Assembly: GCA_038116985.1 (NCBI GenBank) | Contig: JAYOEZ010000001.1 | Coordinates: 12,766 to 76,765, forward strand | From: Alphaproteobacteria bacterium | GTDB taxonomy: Bacteria > Pseudomonadota > Alphaproteobacteria > SHVP01 | DNA length: 64,000 bases | Reading direction: 5' to 3' | Shown here: in pieces, positions 1 through 8,811 of the stretch | Layout: each line of letters starts with the position of its first letter | How positions within the stretch are numbered: the first letter of the stretch is position 1 | Position numbers and translations under genes: made by a program | The notes under the pieces: generated by a model | Told to the model about the DNA's origin: nothing | The model's database searches: none | The model's input: only the letters and a program-made list of their open reading frames with translations

Positions 1-566
1 TCGATTCGGCGATCAAGCCGCTGCGGCCGGACTGGAAGATCGCCGGTCCCGCCTTCAAGGTACGGCCCGAATTCACCGATGACTCGCTGATGAGCCGCGT
101 CGCCACCAAATACGTCAAGCCCGGCGACGTGCTGGTGATCGACGCCGGCGGGCGTACCGACTGCTCCAACTTCGGCGCCAGCATGGCGGCCAGCGCGCTC
201 GAGAACGGCTGCGCCGGCGTGGTGCTCGATGGCGTCGTCCTGACCGGACAGCTGCTGCGCGAGGCAGAGGGCCTGCCGATCTTTTGCCGCGGCACCGTGG
301 CCCGCAATCGTGGCGCGGAAAAGCCCGGCTGGCTCAACTGCCCGGTGGTCTGCGGCGGGGTCATCGTCAACCCCGGCGACCTCGTGCTCGGCGACGAGGA
401 CGGCGTGGTCGTTCTCCCCAAGGAGCGCGCCGAGGATCTGGTTGCCCGCGCCGAAGCCGCCGGCAACAAGAGTTCGCAAGGACGCGTCAGCGGCAAGTCC
501 TATCACGCCCGTTCCGGCGCGGAAGAAAAGCTCCGCGCCCTGCCGGGCGTCGACTGGCGGGACTAG
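1..566 (+). CDS. RraA-family / HMG-CHA aldolase-like protein, 5' end cut by window edge
   Basis: Frame 3 is open from the window edge (DSAIKPLRPDWKIAGPAFKV...) and runs into track ORF 90..566. GDVLVIDAGG...FGASMA...GVVLDG resembles the RraA/aldolase fold family. The true start lies upstream of the window. Confidence 0.65.
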   Translation, partial: DSAIKPLRPDWKIAGPAFKVRPEFTDDSLMSRVATKYVKPGDVLVIDAGGRTDCSNFGASMAASALENGCAGVVLDGVVLTGQLLREAEGLPIFCRGTVARNRGAEKPGWLNCPVVCGGVIVNPGDLVLGDEDGVVVLPKERAEDLVARAEAAGNKSSQGRVSGKSYHARSGAEEKLRALPGVDWRD

Positions 567-590
567 GTGCTGGCATTTTGCTGGCACGAG

Positions 591-609
591 ATTGGGTTCG
601 TTTCGTAAT
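591..609. repeat. Copy 1 of perfect 19-bp direct repeat ATTGGGTTCGTTTCGTAAT
   Basis: Exact 19-mer read directly from the sequence. It is followed by the inverted repeat CCTGCG-TT-CGCAGG (613-626). Confidence 0.95.
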
Positions 610-672
610 TTACCTGCGTTCGCAGGCAAGCCTCGCGGGCATTCCAACGGGCCGATGAAACCAGGGGAAGAA

Positions 673-691
673 ATTGGGTTCGTTTCGTAAT
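673..691. repeat. Copy 2 of perfect 19-bp direct repeat ATTGGGTTCGTTTCGTAAT
   Basis: Exact 19-mer. It is followed by GGCCG-N13-CGGCC (692-714). Confidence 0.95.
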
Positions 692-741
692 GGCCGGTTG
701 GATCGCAATCGGCCCCGCCAATGTGGCGGCAAACCGCTAGA

Positions 742-760
742 ATTGGGTTCGTTTCGTAAT
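742..760. repeat. Copy 3 of perfect 19-bp direct repeat ATTGGGTTCGTTTCGTAAT
   Basis: Exact 19-mer. It is followed by an 8-bp GC stem CGCGCGGG-N11-CCCGCGCG (762-788), just before the SD of the next gene. Confidence 0.95.
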
Positions 761-804
761 GCGCGCGGGCCGCGGACGGACCCGCGCGACCGATCGGAGG
801 CTGC

Positions 805-1674
805 ATGATTGTCAAACGCCGCTTCGCCGACCTCGGCGACAGCCAGTTGTTCTACCGCGAGGCCGGCCTCGACCAGCCTGGGGCGCCGCTTGTCATGCTG
901 CCCGTCGCGCCCGGCACCTCGCTCGGCCTGGTGCCGCTCATCGAGAAGCTGGCCGCCACGCGCCCGGTCTACGCCTTCGATCTGCCCGGCACCGGCGATT
1001 CCGCCGCGCCGCCCCATGCGCCCGACGAAGAGCCGCCGCTCCCCGTCTTTGCCGATTTGCTGCTGCGCGGCTTGTCGGCCATCGGCCTCGAGACCTTCGA
1101 CCTTTACGGCAACCGCGTCGGCGCCCACACCGCCATCGAAATGACGCTTGCGGCGCCCGACCGCGTCCGCAAGCTGATCGTCGACGGCCTGTTCATCTTT
1201 CCCTGGCCCACCGACAAGGTGCCGTGGAAGCAACCCTACGAAGAGCCCTCGCTCGAAGGCCTGCGCAACAACTACACGATGAAGCTCGAGATCGACCCTT
1301 TCGGCCGCCAGATGCAGAAGTCCTGGCAGTTCATCCGCGACACCTCGCTCTACTGGCCGTGGTACATCCGCGACGGGGCTCATTCCCGCGACGTCGGCCT
1401 GCCCGAGGTCGGCGATCTTCACGACAAGGTGGTCGAGGTCCTGCGTGCCGCGCGCACCCAGCACCTTGTGGTGCGCGCCTCCTTCGACCAGGACTGGCGC
1501 GCCCGCTGCGGCGATATCGAGAAACTCGCCATGCCGGTGATGGGCGACAAGAACACCGTGCCGTTCATCCCGCGCGCCGTCACCAAGACCAGCGGCCGTT
1601 ACGACGCCTTCTATACCAAGGGCGACAAGCTCGCCGCGCTGGCCGACGAACTCGCCGGCTTCCTCGACGGCTGA
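805..1674 (+). CDS. alpha/beta-hydrolase-fold protein (atypical nucleophile elbow GNRVG)
   Basis: 289-aa track ORF. SD GGAGG at 796-800 lies 4 nt before the ATG. Alpha/beta-fold landmarks: FDLPGTGDS, YGNRVGAHTA, PDRVRKLIVDG. Confidence 0.75.
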   Translation: MIVKRRFADLGDSQLFYREAGLDQPGAPLVMLPVAPGTSLGLVPLIEKLAATRPVYAFDLPGTGDSAAPPHAPDEEPPLPVFADLLLRGLSAIGLETFDLYGNRVGAHTAIEMTLAAPDRVRKLIVDGLFIFPWPTDKVPWKQPYEEPSLEGLRNNYTMKLEIDPFGRQMQKSWQFIRDTSLYWPWYIRDGAHSRDVGLPEVGDLHDKVVEVLRAARTQHLVVRASFDQDWRARCGDIEKLAMPVMGDKNTVPFIPRAVTKTSGRYDAFYTKGDKLAALADELAGFLDG

Positions 1675-2468
1675 TGGTCAAGCAGCACCGCGCCTACCTC
1701 CAGGTCCCGCCGCCGCAGGATCAGATTCATGCGCGCTATGCCGGCGAGTCCGGCCCCACCATCTTCCTCTTCCATCAGTGGCCGATCTCGTGCCGCCAGA
1801 TGGAACGGCTCATCCCGGTCCTCGGCGACCACATGCGCGTCTGGGGGCTCGACGCGCCGGGCTACGGTGTCTCGCCCTCGACGCTCGTGCAGGTCGACTT
1901 CGCCGACTACGTGAAACGTCTGGTGGACGCGATCGATGCCGTCGGCGCCGAGAAGTTCGCGGTCCTCGGCACCGAGATCGGTGCGGCCATCGCGGCCGAA
2001 ATCGCACGCCTCGAGCCCGATCGCGTGACCCATTACGTCGCGCTGGCCACCCCACCCACCGACCCCGCTGGGCATCAGGCCTATATGGACGAACTCGGCG
2101 AGCCGGCGCCGCAACAGGACGGCAGCCATCTCCTGCCGATCTGGCAGTTCTGGCAACGCCGGTGGGGCGAGGATACCGAGAACTCGATCCTGCGCATGGC
2201 CTGCACCGAGAACACCTACGTCTACAGCCGCTACCACTGGGGCCTGCGCGCCTACCGCGACCACGACTTCGCAGCGAGTTTGAAGGGCCTTCAATGCCCG
2301 GCGCTGTTCCTGTCCGCCGAGCGCGACCTCCTGAAGGACAACACCGCGGCCGCCGCCGGTCTGGTGCCCGGCGCCGAACACCGAACCCTGGAAGGCAGCC
2401 GCGCCCCACTCGTCTCGACCGAACCCGAGCAACTCACACAGATCATTCGCGATTTCGTGGCCGGCTAG
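1674..2468 (+). CDS. alpha/beta-hydrolase-fold protein, epoxide-hydrolase-like (HQWP, GTEIG)
   Basis: In-frame ATG at 1674 inside track ORF 759..2468 (MVKQHRAYLQ...). It overlaps the stop of the preceding gene by 1 nt (TGATG). Motifs: LFHQWP, LDAPGYGVS, LGTEIGAAIA, PDRVTHYVAL. Confidence 0.75.
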   Translation: MVKQHRAYLQVPPPQDQIHARYAGESGPTIFLFHQWPISCRQMERLIPVLGDHMRVWGLDAPGYGVSPSTLVQVDFADYVKRLVDAIDAVGAEKFAVLGTEIGAAIAAEIARLEPDRVTHYVALATPPTDPAGHQAYMDELGEPAPQQDGSHLLPIWQFWQRRWGEDTENSILRMACTENTYVYSRYHWGLRAYRDHDFAASLKGLQCPALFLSAERDLLKDNTAAAAGLVPGAEHRTLEGSRAPLVSTEPEQLTQIIRDFVAG

Positions 2469-3310
2469 CCTCGCGTCGCGGTCACCAGCCACACGCCCGC
2501 GCTCAACCGCACGCCGTCGTCGTGGATATGGGGCGAGAGCGCCTCGGTCAGTTCCGCCCGAATCCGGGCCTGCACGTCCTTTGGCGCGTCGTGGATCGCG
2601 CGGGCCATCGGCCCGCGGTCCGTAACGGTCTCCACGGCGGTCTCGACCGTGCGGCCGGTCAGCACGGTCGATTCGTGGGCATCGATTCCGATGTCGCCGA
2701 AGCCGGCATCGCCCAGGATGCCGCGCACGTAATCCGCGTCGCGGAACGCGAACGGTCCCGGTGCGCGCGGGTCTTCCGGCGGGGGCAGGTCGATATGCCG
2801 CGCCACTACGTCGCGGGCGACGTGGACCCAGCCATTGCGTCCGACCTCCTGCCAGCAGGCGAAGGCCAGCCGGCCACTCGGTTTCAGCGCGCGGCGCAGG
2901 TTGGCGAAGGCGGCGACGCTGTCTTCAAAGAACATCACGCCGAAGCGCGAGAACACCAGGTCGTAGGCCGCTTCGTCGAAGTCGTGGGTCTGCGCGTCGG
3001 CCACGTGAAAACGCACGGGTACGGGGTGTGCGTCGGCAATCTCTCGTGCCGTGCGCAGCATGGTTTCGGATATGTCGAAACCGGTCACGGATCCTTCCGG
3101 CGCCACATGGCGGGCAAGGTCGCCGGTCGTGTCGCCTGTGCCGCAGCCGACGTCGATCACATGCTCGCCGGGCTGTGGTTTTGCCACGGCGATCACCGCG
3201 TGGCCGAGGGGGCGCAGCATCGCGTTGAAGCGGTCGCGCTGGGTCGTCCAGGTCTCTCCGCCGGGACCGTTCCAGAACTCGGCCTGGTCCACATTGGCGT
3301 TGTCGGTCAT
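2465..3310 (-). CDS. class I SAM-dependent methyltransferase
   Basis: Last 281 codons of track ORF 2465..4609, starting at ATG 3310 ([15 protein letters not shown]...). Glycine motif VIDVGCGTGD. The upstream part of that track ORF is an out-of-frame overlap of the MFS gene. Confidence 0.8.
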   Translation of the reverse strand: MTDNANVDQAEFWNGPGGETWTTQRDRFNAMLRPLGHAVIAVAKPQPGEHVIDVGCGTGDTTGDLARHVAPEGSVTGFDISETMLRTAREIADAHPVPVRFHVADAQTHDFDEAAYDLVFSRFGVMFFEDSVAAFANLRRALKPSGRLAFACWQEVGRNGWVHVARDVVARHIDLPPPEDPRAPGPFAFRDADYVRGILGDAGFGDIGIDAHESTVLTGRTVETAVETVTDRGPMARAIHDAPKDVQARIRAELTEALSPHIHDDGVRLSAGVWLVTATRG

Positions 3311-4554
3311 GGGGTCTCCTTGGCAGCGGTCGGTGCCGTCCGGAAGGTTAGCGCGAGGACGATACTGGCGGCCACGACGTAGAACAGATTTGCGCCCGCC
3401 AGGGTCTCGATGGTGACGCCGATGTCGATCAACTCGCCGAAGATGAACGGCGACGTGGCGCTCATCGCCACCATCAGTGCCTGGACCAATGAACGGATCG
3501 CGCCGAGATGCGCGGTGCCGTAGACCTCTGCCCACATTGACATGACCATGGTATGCCCGGCGCCGATGGTCACCCCGGCGGCGACCATGTAGGGCACCGC
3601 AGCGGCCGGGTGATCGAACAGCATCAGCACCAGCATCCCGATGCCGAGCGGCGGGAGATACAGCGGCAGCAGTTTCGAGGCGCGGTAGCGGTCGACCAAC
3701 GGACCGATGACCACCGAGGTGGCCACGACGGTCGCGGCGTAGCCGATGAAGGTGGTGGCAAGCCAGGGCAGGGACCAGCCCTTGGCATCGGCAAGGTGGA
3801 CCTGGTGGAAGAAGAACCCGGTCATGATGAAGCCCGGGGCCAGGGCTGCCGGAATGATGAGCCAGAAGCGCAGATCGCGCACGACGTCGCGCAGCGTCCA
3901 ATGGCGCTGTCCCGTGCCGGCCTCGGACTCCTCTTGCGCCTTCTTGGTGGCTTCCGCCCAGGCGCTGTGTCGTGCCGCGTGCCCACGCAGCAGTAACAGC
4001 GTCGCAGGTACCAGCACGATGACGATGAACCCGGTCGAGACGTTCCATGTGGCCCGCCAGCCGATGGCTGCAATCAGCGTCACCACGATGATCGGCAGGA
4101 TCGCCTCGCCGATCGGCAGCCCCATCGCCGCGATGCTGATCGCCTTGCCGCGGTCGCGGTCGAAATAGCGCGCCATGCTGGTGACCGCGATGTGGCTCAG
4201 CAGCCCCTGGCCGGTCAGCCGCAGCAGGTAGAACGCAAGATAGAACAGGAAGCCTGCCGGGATCAGCGAGATGAAAAGCGTCGCGCCGATCATGCCGGCG
4301 CAAGCGGCGAGGCTGTAAACACGCAGATCGACCTGGTCGATCTTGCGGCCGAGCCAGATCAGAGTCATGCCGCTGCAGAACGTCGCGACCGAGTACATCA
4401 GCCCGACCTCGCCGTGCGTCAGGTCGAAGGCGTTGAGGATCTCGGCGCCGAACAGGCTGATGAAGTAGGTCTGTCCGAAACTGGACGAGAACATCATCAG
4501 CGCGCCGAAGCCGAGGAACTGGCGGTTGCGCAGAATGAAAAGGAAATAGCTCAC
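3307..4554 (-). CDS. MFS-type transporter
   Basis: Track ORF 3307..4632 is a strongly hydrophobic multi-TM protein. I place the start at GTG 4554 ([13 protein letters not shown]...) because the 26 upstream codons are Arg/Ala-rich, but ATG 4632 remains possible. Its stop overlaps the methyltransferase start as ATGA. Confidence 0.7.
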   Translation of the reverse strand: MSYFLFILRNRQFLGFGALMMFSSSFGQTYFISLFGAEILNAFDLTHGEVGLMYSVATFCSGMTLIWLGRKIDQVDLRVYSLAACAGMIGATLFISLIPAGFLFYLAFYLLRLTGQGLLSHIAVTSMARYFDRDRGKAISIAAMGLPIGEAILPIIVVTLIAAIGWRATWNVSTGFIVIVLVPATLLLLRGHAARHSAWAEATKKAQEESEAGTGQRHWTLRDVVRDLRFWLIIPAALAPGFIMTGFFFHQVHLADAKGWSLPWLATTFIGYAATVVATSVVIGPLVDRYRASKLLPLYLPPLGIGMLVLMLFDHPAAAVPYMVAAGVTIGAGHTMVMSMWAEVYGTAHLGAIRSLVQALMVAMSATSPFIFGELIDIGVTIETLAGANLFYVVAASIVLALTFRTAPTAAKETP

Positions 4555-4676
4555 AAGGGACCGTCTCGCAGCGGACGCCGACAGTGCCCGTCCTGCCGGC
4601 GTCTGGCAACGCCTTGCGGCGCTCCGGCCCATCCGCTACAAGCCCGGCAATCCTTCATCACAGCCCGCGCGAGCTT

Positions 4677-6356
4677 ATGTCCGTCCAGTACGTCTATACG
4701 ATGATCGGCCTGAACAAGACCTACCCCGGTGGACGGCAGGTCCTGAAGGACATTTCGCTCTCATTCCTGCCTGGCGCCAAGATCGGCGTACTAGGCCTCA
4801 ACGGCGCGGGCAAGTCGACTCTGCTGAAGATCATGGCCGGGATCGAAACTGAGTTTGTCGGCGAGGCATGGGCCGCGGATGGCCTCCGTGTCGGGTACCT
4901 GCCGCAGGAGCCCGAACTCGACCCTGCCAAGAACGTCATGGGCAACGTACTCGACGGCGTCGGCGAGATGCGCGACATACTCACCCGTTTCGAGGAGATC
5001 AGTTCGAAGTTCGCAGAACCCCTCGAAGACGACGAAATGAACGCGCTGCTCGCCGAACAGGGCGAGCTGCAAGAGAAGATCGACGCCGCCAACGGCTGGG
5101 AGATCGAGCGCACGGCCGAGATTGCGATGGATGCGTTGCGTTGTCCGCCTGGCGACGCAGCGGTCGACAAACTGTCGGGCGGCGAACGTCGCCGCGTCGC
5201 GCTTTGCCGCCTGCTGCTCGAGCGGCCCGACATGTTGCTGCTCGACGAGCCGACCAACCATCTCGACGCCGAATCCGTCGCCTGGCTGGAGCGCTTTCTG
5301 CAGGAGTACGAGGGCACCGTCGTGGCGGTCACCCATGACCGCTACTTTCTCGACAATGCGGCGGGCTGGATTCTCGAACTCGACCGCGGTCATGGCATTC
5401 CGTGGCAGGGCAACTACTCATCCTGGCTTGAGCAGAAAGAGAAGCGGCTCGAGCAGGAAGGCCGCCAGGAAGAGGCGCGCCAGCGCACGCTCAAGCACGA
5501 ACTGGAATGGATTCGCCAGACGCCGAAGGCGCGCCAGGCCAAGGGCCGCGCCCGAATCACCGCCTACGAGGAACTGCTGAAGCAGGAGCAGGAACGCGCT
5601 CAGGGCACCGCACAGATCCTCATTCCGCCGCCGCCTCGGCTCGGCGACCTCGTGATCGAGATGGATCACATCAGCAAGGGCTTCGGCGAAGCGCTCCTGA
5701 TCGACGACCTGTCTCTCAAGGTGCCGCCGGGCGCCATCGTCGGCATCATCGGCCCCAACGGCGCGGGCAAGACGACCTTCTTCCGCATGCTGGCCGGTCA
5801 GGAAGAGCCGGACAACGGCACGATCCGGCTGGGCGACACGGTGAAGCTTGGCTACGTCGACCAGAGCCGAGACTCACTGGCGGCGGACAAAAGCGTCTGG
5901 GAGGAGATCTCCGAGGGACAGGACGAAGTCGATCTCGGCAAGCGCAAGATCCAGAGCCGCGCCTACGTCGGCGCCTTCAACTTCAAGGGCTCGGACCAGC
6001 AGAAGAAGGTCGGCCAGCTCTCCGGCGGCGAGCGCAACCGCGTGCACCTCGCCAAGATGCTCAAGTCGGGGGCCAACGTGCTGCTGCTCGACGAGCCGAC
6101 CAACGATCTGGACGTAGATACCCTGCGCGCCCTCGAAGACGCGTTGGAGGTATTCTCGGGCTGCGTCCTTGTTATCAGCCATGATCGCTGGTTCCTCGAT
6201 CGCGTCGCGACTCACATTCTCGCCTTCGAGGGCGACAGCCACGTCGAGTGGTTCGCCGGCAACTACGAGGACTATGAGGCGGACTTCAAGCGCCGCTTCG
6301 GCGACGCGGCCGATCGGCCCCATCGCATCAAATACAAGCGCATCTCACGGGACTGA
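4677..6356 (+). CDS. ettA: ABC-F translation factor EttA (energy-dependent translational throttle)
   Basis: [50 protein letters not shown] plus a second cassette ([17 protein letters not shown]) match the EttA architecture. Start taken at the in-frame ATG 4677 of track ORF 4584..6356. Confidence 0.9.
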   Translation: MSVQYVYTMIGLNKTYPGGRQVLKDISLSFLPGAKIGVLGLNGAGKSTLLKIMAGIETEFVGEAWAADGLRVGYLPQEPELDPAKNVMGNVLDGVGEMRDILTRFEEISSKFAEPLEDDEMNALLAEQGELQEKIDAANGWEIERTAEIAMDALRCPPGDAAVDKLSGGERRRVALCRLLLERPDMLLLDEPTNHLDAESVAWLERFLQEYEGTVVAVTHDRYFLDNAAGWILELDRGHGIPWQGNYSSWLEQKEKRLEQEGRQEEARQRTLKHELEWIRQTPKARQAKGRARITAYEELLKQEQERAQGTAQILIPPPPRLGDLVIEMDHISKGFGEALLIDDLSLKVPPGAIVGIIGPNGAGKTTFFRMLAGQEEPDNGTIRLGDTVKLGYVDQSRDSLAADKSVWEEISEGQDEVDLGKRKIQSRAYVGAFNFKGSDQQKKVGQLSGGERNRVHLAKMLKSGANVLLLDEPTNDLDVDTLRALEDALEVFSGCVLVISHDRWFLDRVATHILAFEGDSHVEWFAGNYEDYEADFKRRFGDAADRPHRIKYKRISRD

Positions 6357-6360
6357 CAGG

Positions 6361-7065
6361 ATGGTGCGCGGTCTTCCCGGAACCAACGGTCGCCGCCGCG
6401 TCTATCTCATGCGCCACGGCGAGGTGGACTATGCGCCGGGCGGCCAGGTCGTCGGCAATACCGACCTCGTCGAACTGACGGAGAAAGGCCGGCGGCAGGC
6501 GGCACTGGTCGGCGAGGTGCTGTCGCCGATCGACTTTGACCTTGCCGTTCACACCGGCTTGCCGCGCACGATACAGACGCTCGACGCCGTGCTTGGGGAG
6601 AAGGCATTGCAACGTGAAACCGTCGATGGCTTGCGCGAAATTCGCACCGGCAAGTTCGGCGAATTGTCGCCGGAACGCGTCGAGGCGGAGTTCATTTACG
6701 GCTTCGAAAGCGCGCACATGCCCAATGCCCGCTTCGCCGGCGGCGAAGCCTTCGCTGATTTCTACGAACGGGTCAGCTATGCCTTGCTAGGCCTTCTCGG
6801 CCGCGGCGACTGGACCACGGCGCTTTTGGTCTGCCACGGCGGCACCAATCGTGCGCTGTTGAGCTGGGTCAGCCACGGCGGTCCCGAAGGCATGGGGGCG
6901 TTCGAACAGGATACCGGATGCCTCAATGTCTTCGATGTCGACGTGGTGGAGGGCGACATCGTCCGCCGTTTCATCCGAACGCTGAACTACACGCCCTACG
7001 ATCCGGTGAAGAACGGCAAGTACTTGACCAATATGGAAATGTACCGCGACGGACGGTCGGGCTGA
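6361..7065 (+). CDS. histidine phosphatase (phosphoglycerate-mutase-like) family protein
   Basis: In-frame ATG 6361 of track ORF 6169..7065. It carries the RHG signature (VYLMRHGEVDY) and a later CHGG. The exact start is uncertain. Confidence 0.75.
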   Translation: MVRGLPGTNGRRRVYLMRHGEVDYAPGGQVVGNTDLVELTEKGRRQAALVGEVLSPIDFDLAVHTGLPRTIQTLDAVLGEKALQRETVDGLREIRTGKFGELSPERVEAEFIYGFESAHMPNARFAGGEAFADFYERVSYALLGLLGRGDWTTALLVCHGGTNRALLSWVSHGGPEGMGAFEQDTGCLNVFDVDVVEGDIVRRFIRTLNYTPYDPVKNGKYLTNMEMYRDGRSG

Positions 7066-7067
7066 GC

Positions 7068-7673
7068 CTAGTTCTCGGTCGTCGAGTCCCGTAGCCGGGT
7101 GAGCAGACCCTCGACGTTGCCGCCCGAGCGCTGGATGACCGACGCGAACTCGTCGCGTTGGGTCAGCAACATACTCACGCCCTCGACCACGACGTCCACG
7201 ATCTTCGGCCCGCTATCGCTTTCGCGCACCCGCCAGTCGACGCGAATTGCCGGCTGATCGTCGCGGACAATCTCGGACGTGACGATCATGTCCTTGTTGT
7301 CGGCCCGCGAACTGACGACCTTGAGGGTTTCGCCGCTGTACTGCCCGAGCCGCGCCGCATAGGTGCGTACGATGAAATCCTCGAACAACTGCGCGTATTC
7401 GGATTTCTGATCTGGTGTCGCGCGGCGCCAGTAGCGCCCAAGCGCATATCGACCAATCAGGGGAAGGTCGAAGCCTTCGTTCAGGAGCGAACGAAATGCG
7501 CCGATCCGCTCGTCGTCGCTTTGTGTATCGACCACCAGCACCTGAAGCGCCCTATCACCCAGATCCGCAATGAACCTCTCGGCGTTTTCGGCACGAGCGT
7601 CTTGCGCATAGGCACTGAGCGAAAGAAACGTTACAGCGAAGAAGGCCGCTATGAACGGTCGAAGCATACGCAT
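7068..7673 (-). CDS. mlaC: MlaC/Ttg2D-family phospholipid-binding periplasmic protein
   Basis: 201-aa track ORF with a signal peptide (FFAVTFLSLSAYAQD). Ttg2D-like core: LIGRYALGRYWRRATPDQKSEY...FIVRTYA. Confidence 0.8.
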   Translation of the reverse strand: MRMLRPFIAAFFAVTFLSLSAYAQDARAENAERFIADLGDRALQVLVVDTQSDDERIGAFRSLLNEGFDLPLIGRYALGRYWRRATPDQKSEYAQLFEDFIVRTYAARLGQYSGETLKVVSSRADNKDMIVTSEIVRDDQPAIRVDWRVRESDSGPKIVDVVVEGVSMLLTQRDEFASVIQRSGGNVEGLLTRLRDSTTEN

Positions 7674-7680
7674 GTCGGTA

Positions 7681-8493
7681 TTAGTCGCTGAGCGAGGCCG
7701 TGCGGTCCTCGTCGTCTCCGCCGGTCATGTCGAGATCCGGGAGGGACGGGGCCGCGCCGTTGCGGATGTCGCTCTCACGGCGCTGGCTGTAGAGACTGCG
7801 CAGCGTGGCGTAGAAATCAATGGATGTGCGTTCGATCTCGTCGAGCGTTTCAATTGTCCGAGACCGCGCATCAATCCCGCGCACGACGGTCCGTGCCAAC
7901 GTGATGCCGTTCTGATCGGTGTTGTTGGCGTAGTAGTTTAGCGGATCGAAATAGTAGTCGACCGCCATGCCGGCGATGTCGCGCAGGTTCGACGGACCAA
8001 GGATCGGCAGGACGATATAGATGCCGGGGCCGATCCCGTAGCTACCGAGCGTCTGACCGAAGTCCTCGTCGCGCCGCTCGAGGCCCATCTCGGCTGCGCG
8101 GTCGAACAGGCCCAAGATGCCGGCCGTCGTGTTGATGAAGAAGCGCTGGGTCGTGATGCCCGCAGCCTCGAAGTCGCGCTGCAACAGGTCGTTCGCGAGC
8201 ACGATCGGGCTCTCGAGATTGCGGAGAAAATTCCGGACGCTGTCTCGGGCCGGGTCGGGCACGAAGTCGCGGTAGAACGTTGCTGTGGGTTCGATCAGCG
8301 TTGTGTCGACGGCCTGATTGAACGCGAAGACATAGCGATTGACCGGCTCAAGCGGGTCGGCGACGTGCCCGGCGTCTCCGGTTGCCGCGCAGGCCGACAG
8401 CGCCAAGGCGGCTAGGCCCACTAGCGAAAGCCGAATGGAAAGCCCCCATGCGCCTGGGCTTTTCTCAGCCGGACGCGTCTGTGATGGTTTCAC
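7681..8493 (-). CDS. mlaA: MlaA/VacJ-family outer-membrane lipoprotein
   Basis: Track ORF 7681..8601. Lipobox LALSAC, then DPLEPVNRYVFAFN...LGPSNLRD, typical of VacJ. Start placed at GTG 8493 (VKPSQTRPAEKSPGAWG...) because the region upstream has atypical composition. ATG 8601 is the alternative. Confidence 0.75.
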   Translation of the reverse strand: MKPSQTRPAEKSPGAWGLSIRLSLVGLAALALSACAATGDAGHVADPLEPVNRYVFAFNQAVDTTLIEPTATFYRDFVPDPARDSVRNFLRNLESPIVLANDLLQRDFEAAGITTQRFFINTTAGILGLFDRAAEMGLERRDEDFGQTLGSYGIGPGIYIVLPILGPSNLRDIAGMAVDYYFDPLNYYANNTDQNGITLARTVVRGIDARSRTIETLDEIERTSIDFYATLRSLYSQRRESDIRNGAAPSLPDLDMTGGDDEDRTASLSD

Positions 8494-8777
8494 GGTCAGA
8501 CCTAACTCCCAAACACCACACCCACTTAAAGCTAGACGTGAGCCCCATGGCCTAATGCATGGCACACGCGCGCATAGCCTAAGCTCGGACCCTGCCCCCA
8601 ACTCGGCGAATCGCGGACTTTCGGTACCACACCGTACTACCCAACACTAGACGATCCGGTCGCGGCTCGCGGCATTCTCGCCACCGGTGTTGCTTTTCTG
8701 CCGCAGGTCGGACCCCTCATCTGGTGTTTCGCCGGGGCATAGCTACCAGACCTGACACCGCGTGGCTCCCGGGTCGA

Positions 8778-8805
8778 TTGACATACATAAACATATCTTT
8801 ATATC
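8778..8805 (+). promoter_or_regulatory. sigma70-like promoter TTGACA-N16-TATATC abutting the ATG at 8812, with tandem ATATCT hexamers
   Basis: TTGACA at 8778-8783 and TATATC at 8800-8805. The ATG lies 6 nt downstream of the -10 with no usable SD. ATATCT occurs at 8793-8798 and 8801-8806, and the spacer holds the near-palindrome AAACATATCTTT. Confidence 0.45.
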
Positions 8806-8811
8806 TAGGGC

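Noticed and set aside
591-760. CRISPR array interpretation of the three 19-bp repeats
   Set aside because: There are only three copies. The repeat is shorter than typical CRISPR repeats and the spacers are unequal (63 and 50 nt). No cas genes or leader are present anywhere in the window.
610-3382. Long track ORFs 610..1464(-), 759..2468(+, N-terminal part), 1611..2492(-), 1778..3382(+), 1810..2409(-)
   Set aside because: These are Arg/Ala/Pro/Gly-rich translations lying antisense or out of frame to well-supported alpha/beta-fold and methyltransferase genes, which is a typical high-GC artefact. Only the 1674..2468 portion of 759..2468 is credible.
2465-4609. 714-aa ORF as a single large protein
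   Set aside because: Only the last 281 codons (from ATG 3310) look like a protein, namely a SAM methyltransferase. The rest overlaps the MFS transporter gene in another frame and is low-complexity Arg/Pro/Gly.
8494-8811. SAM-II/SAM-V or cobalamin riboswitch ahead of the metF-metH operon
   Set aside because: I could not find the conserved pseudoknot or B12-box sequence features by eye. In addition, the best promoter abuts the start codon and leaves no leader for a riboswitch. A cmsearch would be needed to exclude it formally.
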